Shown in pieces: positions 38,455-48,988 of a stretch of DNA of 64,000 nucleotides. Location of the stretch: positions 6,516-70,515 of the forward strand of contig CABUGH010000005.1 of the NCBI GenBank assembly GCA_902491155.1, read 5' to 3'. Source of the stretch: an uncultured Clostridium sp. (GTDB lineage: Bacteria; Bacillota; Clostridia; TANB77; CAG-508). A program made the position numbers and the translations under genes. A model generated the notes under the pieces. It was not told the DNA's origin. It ran no database searches and saw only the letters and a list, made by a program, of their open reading frames with translations. The first letter of the stretch is position 1. Every line of letters begins with the position of its first letter.

Positions 38455-41400
38455 TTACATTATAATATTGATGTTTATTACTCCTTTGTTTTCTTGTAAT
38501 TTTATCTCATTACTTTCTTGCTCTTTTTCATTAATTTTTATTTTGCTAACTCCTGTTTCTTTACTATTTGGATTTTCAATTAATATATTATATACTGTAT
38601 TTTTCCATTTATATCTCATGCTATATGTTCTCCATTCCTTTGGAATGCATGGATTTATTTTCATTATTTCTTTTTCTATTTTTAGACCTAATATATACTC
38701 TATTCCTGCTTTATAATACCAACTTGATGATCCTGTATACCATGTCCATCCTCCTCTTCCTGCTAAATTTCCTGCACCATAAATATCTGCTGGCATTACA
38801 TATGGCTCTACTTTATATTTTTTTGCCATTTCTTTTGTTCTTGCATGTTCTACTGGATTTATCATTTTATATAATTCAAATGATTTTCTTCCGAATCCCA
38901 ACATTGCTTCTGCAATTGTTACCCAACAACTTGCATGAGTATACTGTCCTCCATTTTCCCTTACTCCTGGTAAATATGCTTTTATATATCCTGGTTCTAG
39001 TTTTCCTTTTTCAAATGGTGGGTCTAATAGTTTTATTATTCCGTTTTCTTTGTCTACTAGATGATTTTCTAAACTTTCCATCGATATATATTTTTTATCA
39101 TTATCTCCTGCATTTGATATTGTTGCCCAACTTTGTGCTATGCTGTCTATTCTACACTCTTCATTTTCCATACTTCCTAATACTTGACCATCATCAGTAA
39201 ATGCTCTTTTATACCATCTTCCATCCCATCCACTTGTGTTTAATGCTTTTTTTAGTTCTTGTTTTATTTTTTCATATTTTTCTGCTCTTTCAAATTCTTC
39301 TTTTTGTTTTACTATTGGTATAAATCTGTCTAATATGTTGTATAGGAAAAATCCAAGCCATATGCTTTCTCCTTTTCCTTTGTTTCCTACCTCACTCATT
39401 CCATCATTCCAGTCTCCTGAACCTATTTTAGGTAATCCGTGTTCCCCAAAATTTAATGATTTTTCTATTGCTTTTATACAGTGTTCATATATTGTTCCTG
39501 TTTTTTCACTTTCTATATATCTATCATATCTTTCGTCTTCTCCTTCTTTTAATGTTTCTCCTTTTAAATATGGTGTTTCGATATCTAAGATTTTTGTATC
39601 CCCTGTAAAATCAATATATTCTAAAGTTGCATATGCAAGCCATAATAAATCATCTGAAAATCTTGTTCTTATTCCTCTTTTTGTTTCATCATGCCACCAA
39701 TGTTCTACATCTCCTTCTTCAAATTGATGTTTACTGTGTTTTATTATCTGATTTTTTAAATATTCTGGATTTGCATATTTTAGGCCAAATGTATCTTGTA
39801 ATTGATCTCTAAATCCATATGCTCCTCCTGATTGATAATATCCTGTTTTTCCTAATAATCTGCTTGCTATTGTTTGGTATAATATCCATCCATTTAACAT
39901 TATATTTATTGATTCTACCGGTGTATAAACTTGCAACTTTTCCAATACTTTTTTCCATTCGCTTTTTATTATTTCTAATTCTTGTTTGCAATTTTGTATT
40001 TTACTGTATTTGTATGCCATGTTTTTGCTGTCTAAGATATTTTCTTCTGCTCCTAATAGTATTGAAATTTCCTTTTCTCCAAAACTCTCTATTTCTACTT
40101 CTATTTCATATACTATACAATTTGATTTGCCTAAACTTCCTACATTATTTAATTTGTCTTTTTTTATGCCTTCTGGATTCGTTATTCCTCCTTGTCCAAA
40201 AAAGAATTTTTTGTCCCCTGTATATGATTTTATTTTTTCACTACTTGATACATATATATTTTCTTTAAAGTCACTGTTGTATAAATTTTCTGCTACTAGA
40301 ATATTATTATTTTTATCGTATTTTAAATTTATATATTCTGTTATTTTTTGTTCATCTTCTCCTATTACTGGTTTGTTATAGTAATATATTTTTAGTTTTT
40401 TTCTATTTGGTGTTGTATTTTTTAAGTGCAATATTTGTATTTTTACGCTATCTTCTTTAGGTACAAATATAGTTAGTTTTTGTTCTATTCCACTGCTTTT
40501 ATGCAAGTATTTTGCATATCCAAATCCATATATTATATCATACTCATTATTATCTGGCATTGGATTTAATCCTAAAGACCATGTTTTTTTTGTTTCTTCA
40601 TCTTTTACATATATTATTTCTGATGGTATATCATAAGTTGGCATATTTGCCCATGATGTTATTCTGTTTAGTCTGCTATTTTTATACCATGTGTATCCTC
40701 CCATATTTTCTGTTACTAATGTTCCAAATTTTTTATTTGCCATTATGTGTGACCATATTGTTGGAATCCTATTTTCTTTACTTGTTTTTATTAAATATTC
40801 TTTTCCATCAATTGAAAATGCTCCATATTCATTAAAATATTTTAAATCATCTTTTTCTTTTATAAAATTGCTTTCTTCTGATTTTTCTTCTTGTATAAAA
40901 ATTGGATATTCTTCGCTCTCTATTTTTTTTGTTTTTTCAAAATACTCATCTTCAATTTCATTTATTGCATTTTTTATGCTTCCTTTATTACTGTCAATTA
41001 TTATTGTTGATATAAACTCTAGTAGTTCCATGTCTTTTTTGTCTATTTCATTTTTATTAAGTTGAAATATTCCACCTCTTACATTTTTTAAATATGCTAG
41101 ATGTGAATTTAATACTATATTTTCCATCTCTTCTCGCACATAATTTTCATAACTATGTTTTTCTTCATCAATTAATACTAATTCAACTTCTATATTTTTT
41201 ATTCTAAAAAATTCGTACGCTTTTAAAATCTGTTTAATAACATCAGAATCATTTAAATCTTTTACTTTTACCAAAATTATTGGTAAATCACCAGATATCC
41301 CATATTTCCACAATTCACTTTGTTCGTATATTCTTTTGGGCAACTTTTCTAATTGGAGTTTTTTGCTTGGGTTATCAAATATTATATATGATAAAATTTT

Positions 41401-44400
41401 TTGATATTGTTCTATATCTTTTCCTTTTATTCTTAAATATCTGCTTTGTGCTTCTATTTGTGCTTTTGAAATTTCGAATGCTTTTTGTACATTTTCTTTA
41501 TTTTGATATTTTTTTATGTTTTCTAATACCAGTTCTTTGCTTTCTCCTACACTTATTATTAAATCTAATTCTACTTTTTCTTTAGGCTCAATTTTTACAG
41601 TTCTTTTTAATGCTATTATACCTTCTGTTACTAATGATATTTTTTGTGAAAATGGTGTTGAATTTTTAATCATTTTTGGTATTCCTATATTTCCTCTTCC
41701 TGCAAATTTTTCTTTGTCTATTTCAAATTCCATTTTTCCTATTGTCTCTATCTGTGGTGCTACTAGATTTACTGCTAAATAAATTTTTTTCTCATTTTTT
41801 TCTCTGGTTCTTCTTTTTACTAAAATAGAATTTGTTTCTTCATTATATCCAAATTTTAAAAATAAGTTATTAAAAACAGGATGTGCATAATCTTGTTCTT
41901 TTGTTGATAGCACTGGTTCAAAATATGTTGTTATTTCTAATATTTTTTCTTCTAATCCTCTATTTTCTAATGTTATTTTTCTTATTTCAGAAGTATCATT
42001 TGGTGCTATTATTGTTTGTATTTTAGTTTTTACATTGTCTTGTTCTATTTCTTGTTCTATTTTATCTGGCATAAAACTTATTTTGTAATTGTTTAATTCT
42101 TGTGTCTTACATGAACTCCATATATTCTGTGTTTTTATATTTTTTATGTTAAAAAATATTCCTTGTGGATAATCATCTGTTTTTTTGAATCTATTTATAT
42201 AGATATCTTTATATTTGCTAACTCCTTCTCCCTTTTGGTTCATTGCTATTACATAATCTTCATTTGATATTACATTTCCTCTTATTAATCTTTCGTCAAT
42301 TTTATTGTATGTTACAATACTATAGTCTTCATAATCTTGATATTTTGGTTTTTCTATCTTTTCTTTTGTTTCCTTTGTTATTATAGATGTTTCTGGCATT
42401 CTTTCTTGTAAAAGTATTGAAACACTGTCTATTTCAGGATTTTGCATAAATCTTTTTTGAAATATATTGTTATTAAACAAATTATTTATTGACAATAATA
42501 TTAATGCTTGATGATGCGCCATATATGTTTTTACTGGTGTTGCCTTTTCTACTCTTTCTGGTGTAAAATCTATTGATTCGTAAAATCCATATTTTCCATT
42601 CATTCCATATTTTTCTAAAATTTTTAAATTTTTTATAACTTCTTGTGGTTCTTCATTTATTGCCAATATGCTTCCATATGTTGCACTTACCATTTCATCT
42701 GCTAATCCTCTTTTTAATCCTAGCCATGGAATTCCGAAGGCTTTATATTGATAATTTCCTTGTAAATCTTTTAAATTAAATGCCGCTTCTGATATTCCCC
42801 ATGGTATTTGTAATTTTTTTGCATATTGTTTTTGACTCATTATCATAAACTTGCATGATTCGTCTAATAGGCTTCCTTCATATTTAGGGATATTTATATT
42901 TGGCATTAAATATTCAAATGATGTTCCTGACCATGATATTAGTCCTTTATATTTTCCTAATGTTGTTAATGTCCTGCTTAATTTATTCCAATGTTTTACT
43001 GGTACATCTTTTTTCGCTATGGCTATTAAACTTGCTTGCCTTGCTTCTGATGCTAATAAATCATAATATGAGTCTGTTAATTTATTTTCTTCTATGTTGT
43101 AGCCTATTGAAAAAATTTGATTTTCTTTGTTATATAATAATTTAAAATTTGTTTCTTCTATTAGTTTTTCTATATATTTTACATAACTTTCTAGTTCTTG
43201 TGAGTTTAGATTTTGTAAAAATATTTTGGTTGTATATAAATATCCTACAAAGTTTCCACTATCTACTGTTGAAATATATCTTGGTATTAATGGATTTTTT
43301 GTTTTTGTATCATACCAATTATATAAATGTCCATTCCATTTTTCCAGACTTATAATTGTATATAATATTTTCTTTAATAAATCTACTGTATGTTCTAAAG
43401 TTATAAAATTGAGATCATACGCTGATATTACTGCTAATAATGACAACCCTATATTTGTAGATGATGTCCTTGGTACTACTTTTTGTTTTCTTCCTTCTTG
43501 ATAATTATCTGGTATTAAATAATTATATTTATCATTTAAATATGTTTCAAAAAATTGCCATGTTGATTTAGCTATATTTAATAAATACTCTTTATTTTCT
43601 TTATTTATTGTTTCTATCTGTGTTTTTCTTTTTATCTCTTTACTTATTTCACACATTATAAATGGAATAATAATCCATAAAATTCCTAATAAGATTTCGT
43701 ATATGTTTATATTATATATTATTATAATTGTACCTATAATAACATTTATTAACATTTGTTTATAATATGATGTCAAATCTGTTTTTGATTGTTTTTCCGC
43801 TTCTTCAGAAGTTAGCCATTCTAACATATGTTTTTTTGTTATTGTTTTTCTATATATTGTTTTTATTATTGATTTTGCTGATATATATGCTTTATATGGC
43901 AAACATCCTATTGTAATTATTGCTCTTATTAATGTTCCTTTTATTCCTGATATTTGTGGTGTGAAAGTTTTTTGTCTTTGTTCTCCATCTTTTTTACTAA
44001 TGCTTTTGTTTATAAGTTCTAATAATTGAGATATCACACATGATAATAGTATAAATACACAAAGTCCATTTGCTTGTATTTTATAAATATTTCCTAAAGT
44101 GGTTATATATATTAGTGCAATTATTATTGAGATTTCTAAAAGACTTCTTCTTAGATTATCTATTATTTTATATTTTGATAATAAATTTAATTTTTTGTTT
44201 TTTATCCATTTAGTAATTTGCCAATCTCCTCTAATCCATCTTGAAAGTCTATTTGTAAAGCTTGTATATTTAGTTGGATATCCATCCATTAAGACAATGT
44301 CAGAAACTAACCCACATCTTAAATAACATCCTTCAAGTAAATCATGACTTAGCACTGTGTTTTCTGGTATCTCTTTACTTAATACTTTTGAAAATACTCT

Positions 44401-46506
44401 TAAATCATATATTCCTTTTCCTGTAAAAATACCTTCTTTGAAATTATCTTGGTATATGTCTGAAATGGCATTTGTATAATTGTCTATTCCTCCTGCACCT
44501 GCAAATATTTTGGTAAATATTGTTTTTAGGCTAATGTCTAAATTTATTCCTACTCGAGGTTGCATTATTCCATATCCTTCTATTACAACATTTTTCTTTT
44601 GATCTATTATAGGTTTATTTAATATATGTGCCATTGCTCCTACTAATTCTTGTGCTGTATTTAATACTAAATCTGTATCTGCATCTAATGTAATTATATA
44701 TTTTATCTGTGGAATTTTTTCTATACTATTATATAAAAATGGATTTGCTATATTTCCTAGCAAATATTCATTTAATTGATTTAGCATTCCTCTTTTTCGT
44801 TCCCAACCTAAGTAACTTTCCTCTTTTTCGTTCCAGATTCTTTTGCGATATATAAAATTAAATATTTTGTTGTCTTTATTGTCTTTGCTATATTTTTTAT
44901 TTAATCTTTCTATTTGCTTTTTTCCTTCTTTTATTACTTCTTTATCATATAATTCTTCTTCTTTGCTGCTTTCTGAACAATCTCCTAATAAAGTAAAATA
45001 TAAATTTTCACTTTTATTTGCTATATAGTATACTTCTAATTTTCTTGTTAATTCTATTACTTTTTCTTTTGATTTTACTATTGTTGGTATTACAACCATT
45101 GTTGCTTGTTCCTTTGGTATCCCTTTTTGATAATCCATTTTCGGAATTAGTTTTGGATTTACTGTTTTGCTTAATATAAATTGGATTATTTGTATTATTA
45201 TTTCACTACATGGAATTAATAATATAATAAATAAAGCAATTTTTTCTGATTTTGTTAAAAAAGTTAATAAATTACTTATTATTATTGATAGTATTACTGT
45301 AAATGCAACTATTAATGATAAGTATTGTTTAACTTTTGTTTTGCTTTTTGGTGATACTTTATTTTTTATTTTTAATTCTTTATATAAATCATCAATTCCG
45401 TTATCTATTAAATAATATCCTATATGTGATTTTTTTCCTTCATTATTCTTGCATATCTCTATAATTTTCCTGGCTATATATATTTCTGATATTTTTGTTT
45501 TTTCTGATATTCGCTTTATTTTGTTTCTATAATATTCTTTTGTTTTCCAATCCATGTTAATATATATTCCACTTGGATCTTTTCTTAATACATCTTCTAC
45601 TCCATTTATATGTTCAAATATTTCTAAAAAATTTATTCTTTGTATTGTTTTTAAACTTGTTATACTATTTCCCATTAATACTTTTTGTATTGCTATATCG
45701 AAGTGTTCTTTTTGTATTACTTCTGATACTGTCATTCCCATTTTTTCTACTATGTCTTCCAATACTTTTAGATATCTTGTTCCTTTTCTTCCATATCTTT
45801 TTAAAGTGTATGACATGTACTCTATAAATGGATATCTCATATCTCTCATCATTGTTTTTTTAAAATTATGTGTGTTTGATTTATATTCTTTATATTTTTG
45901 TTCTTGTTTTGTTTTCCCTTCTACTAATCTTTCTACAATGCTTTCTACTTTGTATTTTTGTGCCTGGCTACTTGCAATTTTTTCGCATATTTGTGATATG
46001 TTGTGTATAATTGCTATTTGTAAAAATATTCCTATATTCCATATTTCATCCATATTCAGTGTTTTCTTGTTCTGATAGCTTTGCAAATATTCTTCTAAAC
46101 TTTCTTTTTCTATTCTATTTTCTGTATATGCTATAATTTCACTTGCTAGTACATATATTCTTGCAAATCCTGCATATTCACCATTTGCTATTCCTATAAA
46201 ATTTTTGTATTTTTTTATTGTTAATTCCTTTTCTATTTGTTTTACTGTCTCTTCTATAATATAAAAATTGTCTAATAACCATTCTCCTGCTGGATGTATG
46301 TTTATTTTCATATTTACATGTTCATTTAACATTTTATATACTTCTTTTATTTTTTCGTAATCTTCTAAAAGTCTTGGTATTGGATATGTGTCTTTTTGAC
46401 TTCTTGATATTATATTATGGCTTGATGCTATTTTTTCTAAATGTTTTTTTAATTGTTCTTTTTCTAGCATCACACCTGTTATTTGTAGTTTTTTATTTTC
46501 TCTCAA
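38455..46506 (-). CDS. cyclic beta-1,2-glucan synthase-like giant multidomain protein (GT84 + cyclization-like + GH94-like)
   Basis: Single 2683-aa ORF. It has a TM-embedded GT core (ITLDADTDL, GIMQPRV), a central (alpha/alpha)6-like region (DSGNFVGYL, WSGTSFEYLMP), and a C-terminal GH94-like domain (YQSGGAYGFRDQLQD, GSGDWNDGM, ENGGQYTHA). Confidence 0.8.
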   Translation of the reverse strand: MRENKKLQITGVMLEKEQLKKHLEKIASSHNIISRSQKDTYPIPRLLEDYEKIKEVYKMLNEHVNMKINIHPAGEWLLDNFYIIEETVKQIEKELTIKKYKNFIGIANGEYAGFARIYVLASEIIAYTENRIEKESLEEYLQSYQNKKTLNMDEIWNIGIFLQIAIIHNISQICEKIASSQAQKYKVESIVERLVEGKTKQEQKYKEYKSNTHNFKKTMMRDMRYPFIEYMSYTLKRYGRKGTRYLKVLEDIVEKMGMTVSEVIQKEHFDIAIQKVLMGNSITSLKTIQRINFLEIFEHINGVEDVLRKDPSGIYINMDWKTKEYYRNKIKRISEKTKISEIYIARKIIEICKNNEGKKSHIGYYLIDNGIDDLYKELKIKNKVSPKSKTKVKQYLSLIVAFTVILSIIISNLLTFLTKSEKIALFIILLIPCSEIIIQIIQFILSKTVNPKLIPKMDYQKGIPKEQATMVVIPTIVKSKEKVIELTRKLEVYYIANKSENLYFTLLGDCSESSKEEELYDKEVIKEGKKQIERLNKKYSKDNKDNKIFNFIYRKRIWNEKEESYLGWERKRGMLNQLNEYLLGNIANPFLYNSIEKIPQIKYIITLDADTDLVLNTAQELVGAMAHILNKPIIDQKKNVVIEGYGIMQPRVGINLDISLKTIFTKIFAGAGGIDNYTNAISDIYQDNFKEGIFTGKGIYDLRVFSKVLSKEIPENTVLSHDLLEGCYLRCGLVSDIVLMDGYPTKYTSFTNRLSRWIRGDWQITKWIKNKKLNLLSKYKIIDNLRRSLLEISIIIALIYITTLGNIYKIQANGLCVFILLSCVISQLLELINKSISKKDGEQRQKTFTPQISGIKGTLIRAIITIGCLPYKAYISAKSIIKTIYRKTITKKHMLEWLTSEEAEKQSKTDLTSYYKQMLINVIIGTIIIIYNINIYEILLGILWIIIPFIMCEISKEIKRKTQIETINKENKEYLLNIAKSTWQFFETYLNDKYNYLIPDNYQEGRKQKVVPRTSSTNIGLSLLAVISAYDLNFITLEHTVDLLKKILYTIISLEKWNGHLYNWYDTKTKNPLIPRYISTVDSGNFVGYLYTTKIFLQNLNSQELESYVKYIEKLIEETNFKLLYNKENQIFSIGYNIEENKLTDSYYDLLASEARQASLIAIAKKDVPVKHWNKLSRTLTTLGKYKGLISWSGTSFEYLMPNINIPKYEGSLLDESCKFMIMSQKQYAKKLQIPWGISEAAFNLKDLQGNYQYKAFGIPWLGLKRGLADEMVSATYGSILAINEEPQEVIKNLKILEKYGMNGKYGFYESIDFTPERVEKATPVKTYMAHHQALILLSINNLFNNNIFQKRFMQNPEIDSVSILLQERMPETSIITKETKEKIEKPKYQDYEDYSIVTYNKIDERLIRGNVISNEDYVIAMNQKGEGVSKYKDIYINRFKKTDDYPQGIFFNIKNIKTQNIWSSCKTQELNNYKISFMPDKIEQEIEQDNVKTKIQTIIAPNDTSEIRKITLENRGLEEKILEITTYFEPVLSTKEQDYAHPVFNNLFLKFGYNEETNSILVKRRTREKNEKKIYLAVNLVAPQIETIGKMEFEIDKEKFAGRGNIGIPKMIKNSTPFSQKISLVTEGIIALKRTVKIEPKEKVELDLIISVGESKELVLENIKKYQNKENVQKAFEISKAQIEAQSRYLRIKGKDIEQYQKILSYIIFDNPSKKLQLEKLPKRIYEQSELWKYGISGDLPIILVKVKDLNDSDVIKQILKAYEFFRIKNIEVELVLIDEEKHSYENYVREEMENIVLNSHLAYLKNVRGGIFQLNKNEIDKKDMELLEFISTIIIDSNKGSIKNAINEIEDEYFEKTKKIESEEYPIFIQEEKSEESNFIKEKDDLKYFNEYGAFSIDGKEYLIKTSKENRIPTIWSHIMANKKFGTLVTENMGGYTWYKNSRLNRITSWANMPTYDIPSEIIYVKDEETKKTWSLGLNPMPDNNEYDIIYGFGYAKYLHKSSGIEQKLTIFVPKEDSVKIQILHLKNTTPNRKKLKIYYYNKPVIGEDEQKITEYINLKYDKNNNILVAENLYNSDFKENIYVSSSEKIKSYTGDKKFFFGQGGITNPEGIKKDKLNNVGSLGKSNCIVYEIEVEIESFGEKEISILLGAEENILDSKNMAYKYSKIQNCKQELEIIKSEWKKVLEKLQVYTPVESINIMLNGWILYQTIASRLLGKTGYYQSGGAYGFRDQLQDTFGLKYANPEYLKNQIIKHSKHQFEEGDVEHWWHDETKRGIRTRFSDDLLWLAYATLEYIDFTGDTKILDIETPYLKGETLKEGEDERYDRYIESEKTGTIYEHCIKAIEKSLNFGEHGLPKIGSGDWNDGMSEVGNKGKGESIWLGFFLYNILDRFIPIVKQKEEFERAEKYEKIKQELKKALNTSGWDGRWYKRAFTDDGQVLGSMENEECRIDSIAQSWATISNAGDNDKKYISMESLENHLVDKENGIIKLLDPPFEKGKLEPGYIKAYLPGVRENGGQYTHASCWVTIAEAMLGFGRKSFELYKMINPVEHARTKEMAKKYKVEPYVMPADIYGAGNLAGRGGWTWYTGSSSWYYKAGIEYILGLKIEKEIMKINPCIPKEWRTYSMRYKWKNTVYNILIENPNSKETGVSKIKINEKEQESNEIKLQENKGVININIIM

Positions 46507-46588
46507 AAAAATTCCACTCCTTGCAAATATGTTTTATGCATATTGTTTGCAAAAAGTGGGTTATTTATACAACTTTACTTGTTTTTGT

Positions 46589-47410
46589 TTATGAAATTTC
46601 CATTTCTGTGTCTTGTTTTGATTTTGCTTCTATTTCTTTTAATCTTTTTTGATATGCTTTATTTAATCTGGTATAATTTTTTTCGCTTCCTTTTAATTTT
46701 ACATAATATTCTGATTCTTTATATGGATTTTGTGCATCTTGTGATAATATCATTTGTTTAATTTCTACTGGTACATATTTACCTTCTATTTCTCCTATTC
46801 CTGCTATTGTTGTGTGATTTTCTTTATCTATTACTGCTATTACATCTCCTATATTTTGTTCATCTATCCATTCTAAGTTTCCATTTTGTCCTTCTTGATG
46901 ATTTTGTATATATTTTGTATTTCCATTTTCGTCTGTTTCTTTATATATATTACCATTTCCTAAATTTTCTTTTATTATTCCTATATCTTCTTTTGATATT
47001 TTTTCAGTTTCTTCTGGCATATTACTGTTATATTTTTCTAGTATTTGGTCTATAATTTCTTTATTTCCTGTTACTTCTGAATTTTCTAATGTGGATTTAT
47101 CTACAACTATACTATCCATGAATTTTTCTTTTTCTGTTCTAGTATCATTTTCGTCGATTCCATTTTCTTTCATAAAGTTATCTACTTGTTCTATAGCTTC
47201 ATCTAATTCTTTGCTTGTTTTATTCATGTCATTTAAAGTGTATCCTCCTACACCTATTGATGCTATTGCTAGTAGTGTTGCAAATCCTCTTATTCTTCTT
47301 TGTTTTCTCATCTTTCTTTGTCTTCTTATTTTTTGCGCTCTAAGTGCTTTATTCATATCTGATTTTTTTCCTGTTAATTTTACTTCTTTATTTTTATTAT
47401 TTTTTTCCAT
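46589..47410 (-). CDS. hypothetical membrane-anchored protein
   Basis: Start at ATG 47410, 6 nt after AAAGGAGG. It has an Arg/Lys-rich N-terminus, one TM (FATLLAIASIGVGGYTL) and an acidic extracytoplasmic part. Confidence 0.5.
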   Translation of the reverse strand: MEKNNKNKEVKLTGKKSDMNKALRAQKIRRQRKMRKQRRIRGFATLLAIASIGVGGYTLNDMNKTSKELDEAIEQVDNFMKENGIDENDTRTEKEKFMDSIVVDKSTLENSEVTGNKEIIDQILEKYNSNMPEETEKISKEDIGIIKENLGNGNIYKETDENGNTKYIQNHQEGQNGNLEWIDEQNIGDVIAVIDKENHTTIAGIGEIEGKYVPVEIKQMILSQDAQNPYKESEYYVKLKGSEKNYTRLNKAYQKRLKEIEAKSKQDTEMEIS

Positions 47411-47566
47411 ATTAATTCCTCCTTTGATTTTCAATACATTTTTATTATAACACTTTTTCTAAAAAATTACAAATTTTGCTTTTTTATTGTATTTTTTAAC
47501 ATTTTTTTGTTTTTTTTCATAATATATATTAAATAAACTTTTGTTTATTAGGAAGGATGAATAATA

Positions 47567-48025
47567 ATGGAAATGGATTTAAATAAACCTCATTGCCCTA
47601 TATTAGATATTGATGGTGTTATATCAGGTGGTAAACAATTTGATTTAGATATTATATTACAAGAAGATAATCGTGATGTTATATATGGTGTTGTTAAAAA
47701 TTGTTTTAAGGAACCAGTTGCTAATGCTGTTGTTAAATTAGTAGAAGTTGCTTATGATTGTGGTAAAGAAGAAAGACGTCCTATAGGTCATACTTTTACT
47801 GATAAAGATGGAGAATTTGTTTTTGGTCCTCTTTGTCCTGGTAGAAAATATGCTATACAAATTTGGGCTAATGATACTAAAAAAATAAAAATTTGTGCTA
47901 AATGTTTTCATGAAGGTAAATGTTTAAAAGGTGAAAAACATGAAAAATGTGATTGCTTTTTAAAAAATAATGAAACACATGAAGATTGTGATAAGGATGA
48001 AAGATGTTGTGAAGATAAAAAATAA
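47567..48025 (+). CDS. hypothetical Cys-rich protein with a carboxypeptidase-regulatory-like beta-sandwich core
   Basis: 152 aa. YGVVKN..VANAVVKL..TFTDKDGEFVF forms the core, followed by a C-terminal Cys/His/Lys/Asp-rich tail (CAKCFHEGKCLKGEKHEKCDC..ERCCEDKK). Confidence 0.55.
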   Translation: MEMDLNKPHCPILDIDGVISGGKQFDLDIILQEDNRDVIYGVVKNCFKEPVANAVVKLVEVAYDCGKEERRPIGHTFTDKDGEFVFGPLCPGRKYAIQIWANDTKKIKICAKCFHEGKCLKGEKHEKCDCFLKNNETHEDCDKDERCCEDKK

Positions 48026-48085
48026 TTAGCTATTATGTATTTAGGGTATCTGATTAGATACCCTATTGTAATATAAAATTAAGTG

Positions 48086-48232
48086 TTACCAATTTTCTAG
48101 TGTTCTAATTAATTTTTTTCCCTTTTTCATAAGCTTTTTCTTATTTTTAGTTAGCATTTCACTTTCTGAATACATCATTAATGCTCCTGTTGCTAGTAAT
48201 CCACCTATTAATAATCCTTTTGCAAATTTCAT
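48086..48232 (-). CDS. small membrane protein (48 aa, below the ORF-track cutoff)
   Basis: ATG 48232 follows a GGAAGGAAAG RBS. Sequence is MKFAKGLLIGGLLATGALMMYSESEMLTKNKKKLMKKGKKLIRTLENW. Confidence 0.4.
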   Translation of the reverse strand: MKFAKGLLIGGLLATGALMMYSESEMLTKNKKKLMKKGKKLIRTLENW

Positions 48233-48250
48233 AATTATCACTTTCCTTCC

Positions 48251-48644
48251 TTATGTTTTACTTTTATTTTTGTCATTTTTTCCTTTTTTATACTGTTTAA
48301 TTATGGAATATATTTCATGTATGCTGATAATTACTAAAAATATTCCAAAATATTTTCTTAAATTTCTTGTGTTTATGTGTATTGAAATATTTGCTCCTAT
48401 TATTGCTCCTAAAATTCCATAAACTGAAATTATTAATCCTAATTTATAATCAATATTTTTATTTTTTCCATTTACAATTATGGCTATTAGCGATGTTGGA
48501 ATAAAAAATATTAAATTAGTTGCTTGTGCTACGTGTTGTTCTAAATTTTCCAAAAATGTTAAAAGAAAAATGAGTACAGTACCTCCGTCCCAATCCCGTT
48601 CCACTTATTATTCCTGAAATAATACCTATTAGTGTATTAATCAT
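48251..48644 (-). CDS. TauE/SafE-family half-size (4-TM) membrane protein, interrupted at codon 20; restored by a +1 shift at in-frame CGG 48585..48587
   Basis: ATG 48644 follows a GGAGAG RBS and reads MINTLIGIISGIISGTGLG. The +1 frame continues GGTVLIFLLTF.., which gives the family's Gly-rich TM1 motif. The joined protein is 130 aa. Confidence 0.7.
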
Positions 48645-48662
48645 TTTTCTTTCTCTCCATTT

Positions 48663-48845
48663 CTATTCTTTATGTTGTTCAACAATTTCTGTAATTGTTC
48701 TATCAAATATATTTAATTGATAAATTAATTCTTTTCGTAGCTTCTCATCTGTTACATTATCTATTAAATCAAGAAATTTTTGCAACTCAAATAGATATCT
48801 TTTATTTGTGTTTTTCCATACGTATTGATTTATTGACTTATCCAA
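48663..48845 (-). CDS. hypothetical helical protein (60 aa)
   Basis: ORF lying between the two TauE-like half genes. I recognise no family. Confidence 0.4.
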   Translation of the reverse strand: MDKSINQYVWKNTNKRYLFELQKFLDLIDNVTDEKLRKELIYQLNIFDRTITEIVEQHKE

Positions 48846-48988
48846 TTTACTTTCCTCCTTTTACTCATATTGTATATATTATTACATATTTTGATATTTT
48901 TTTTCATTTTTATTTATAAAAATACATTTTTATTTTATGAATATATGTATAAACATATATTATACTTTTTGTTAGATTTTTTCAAGTT

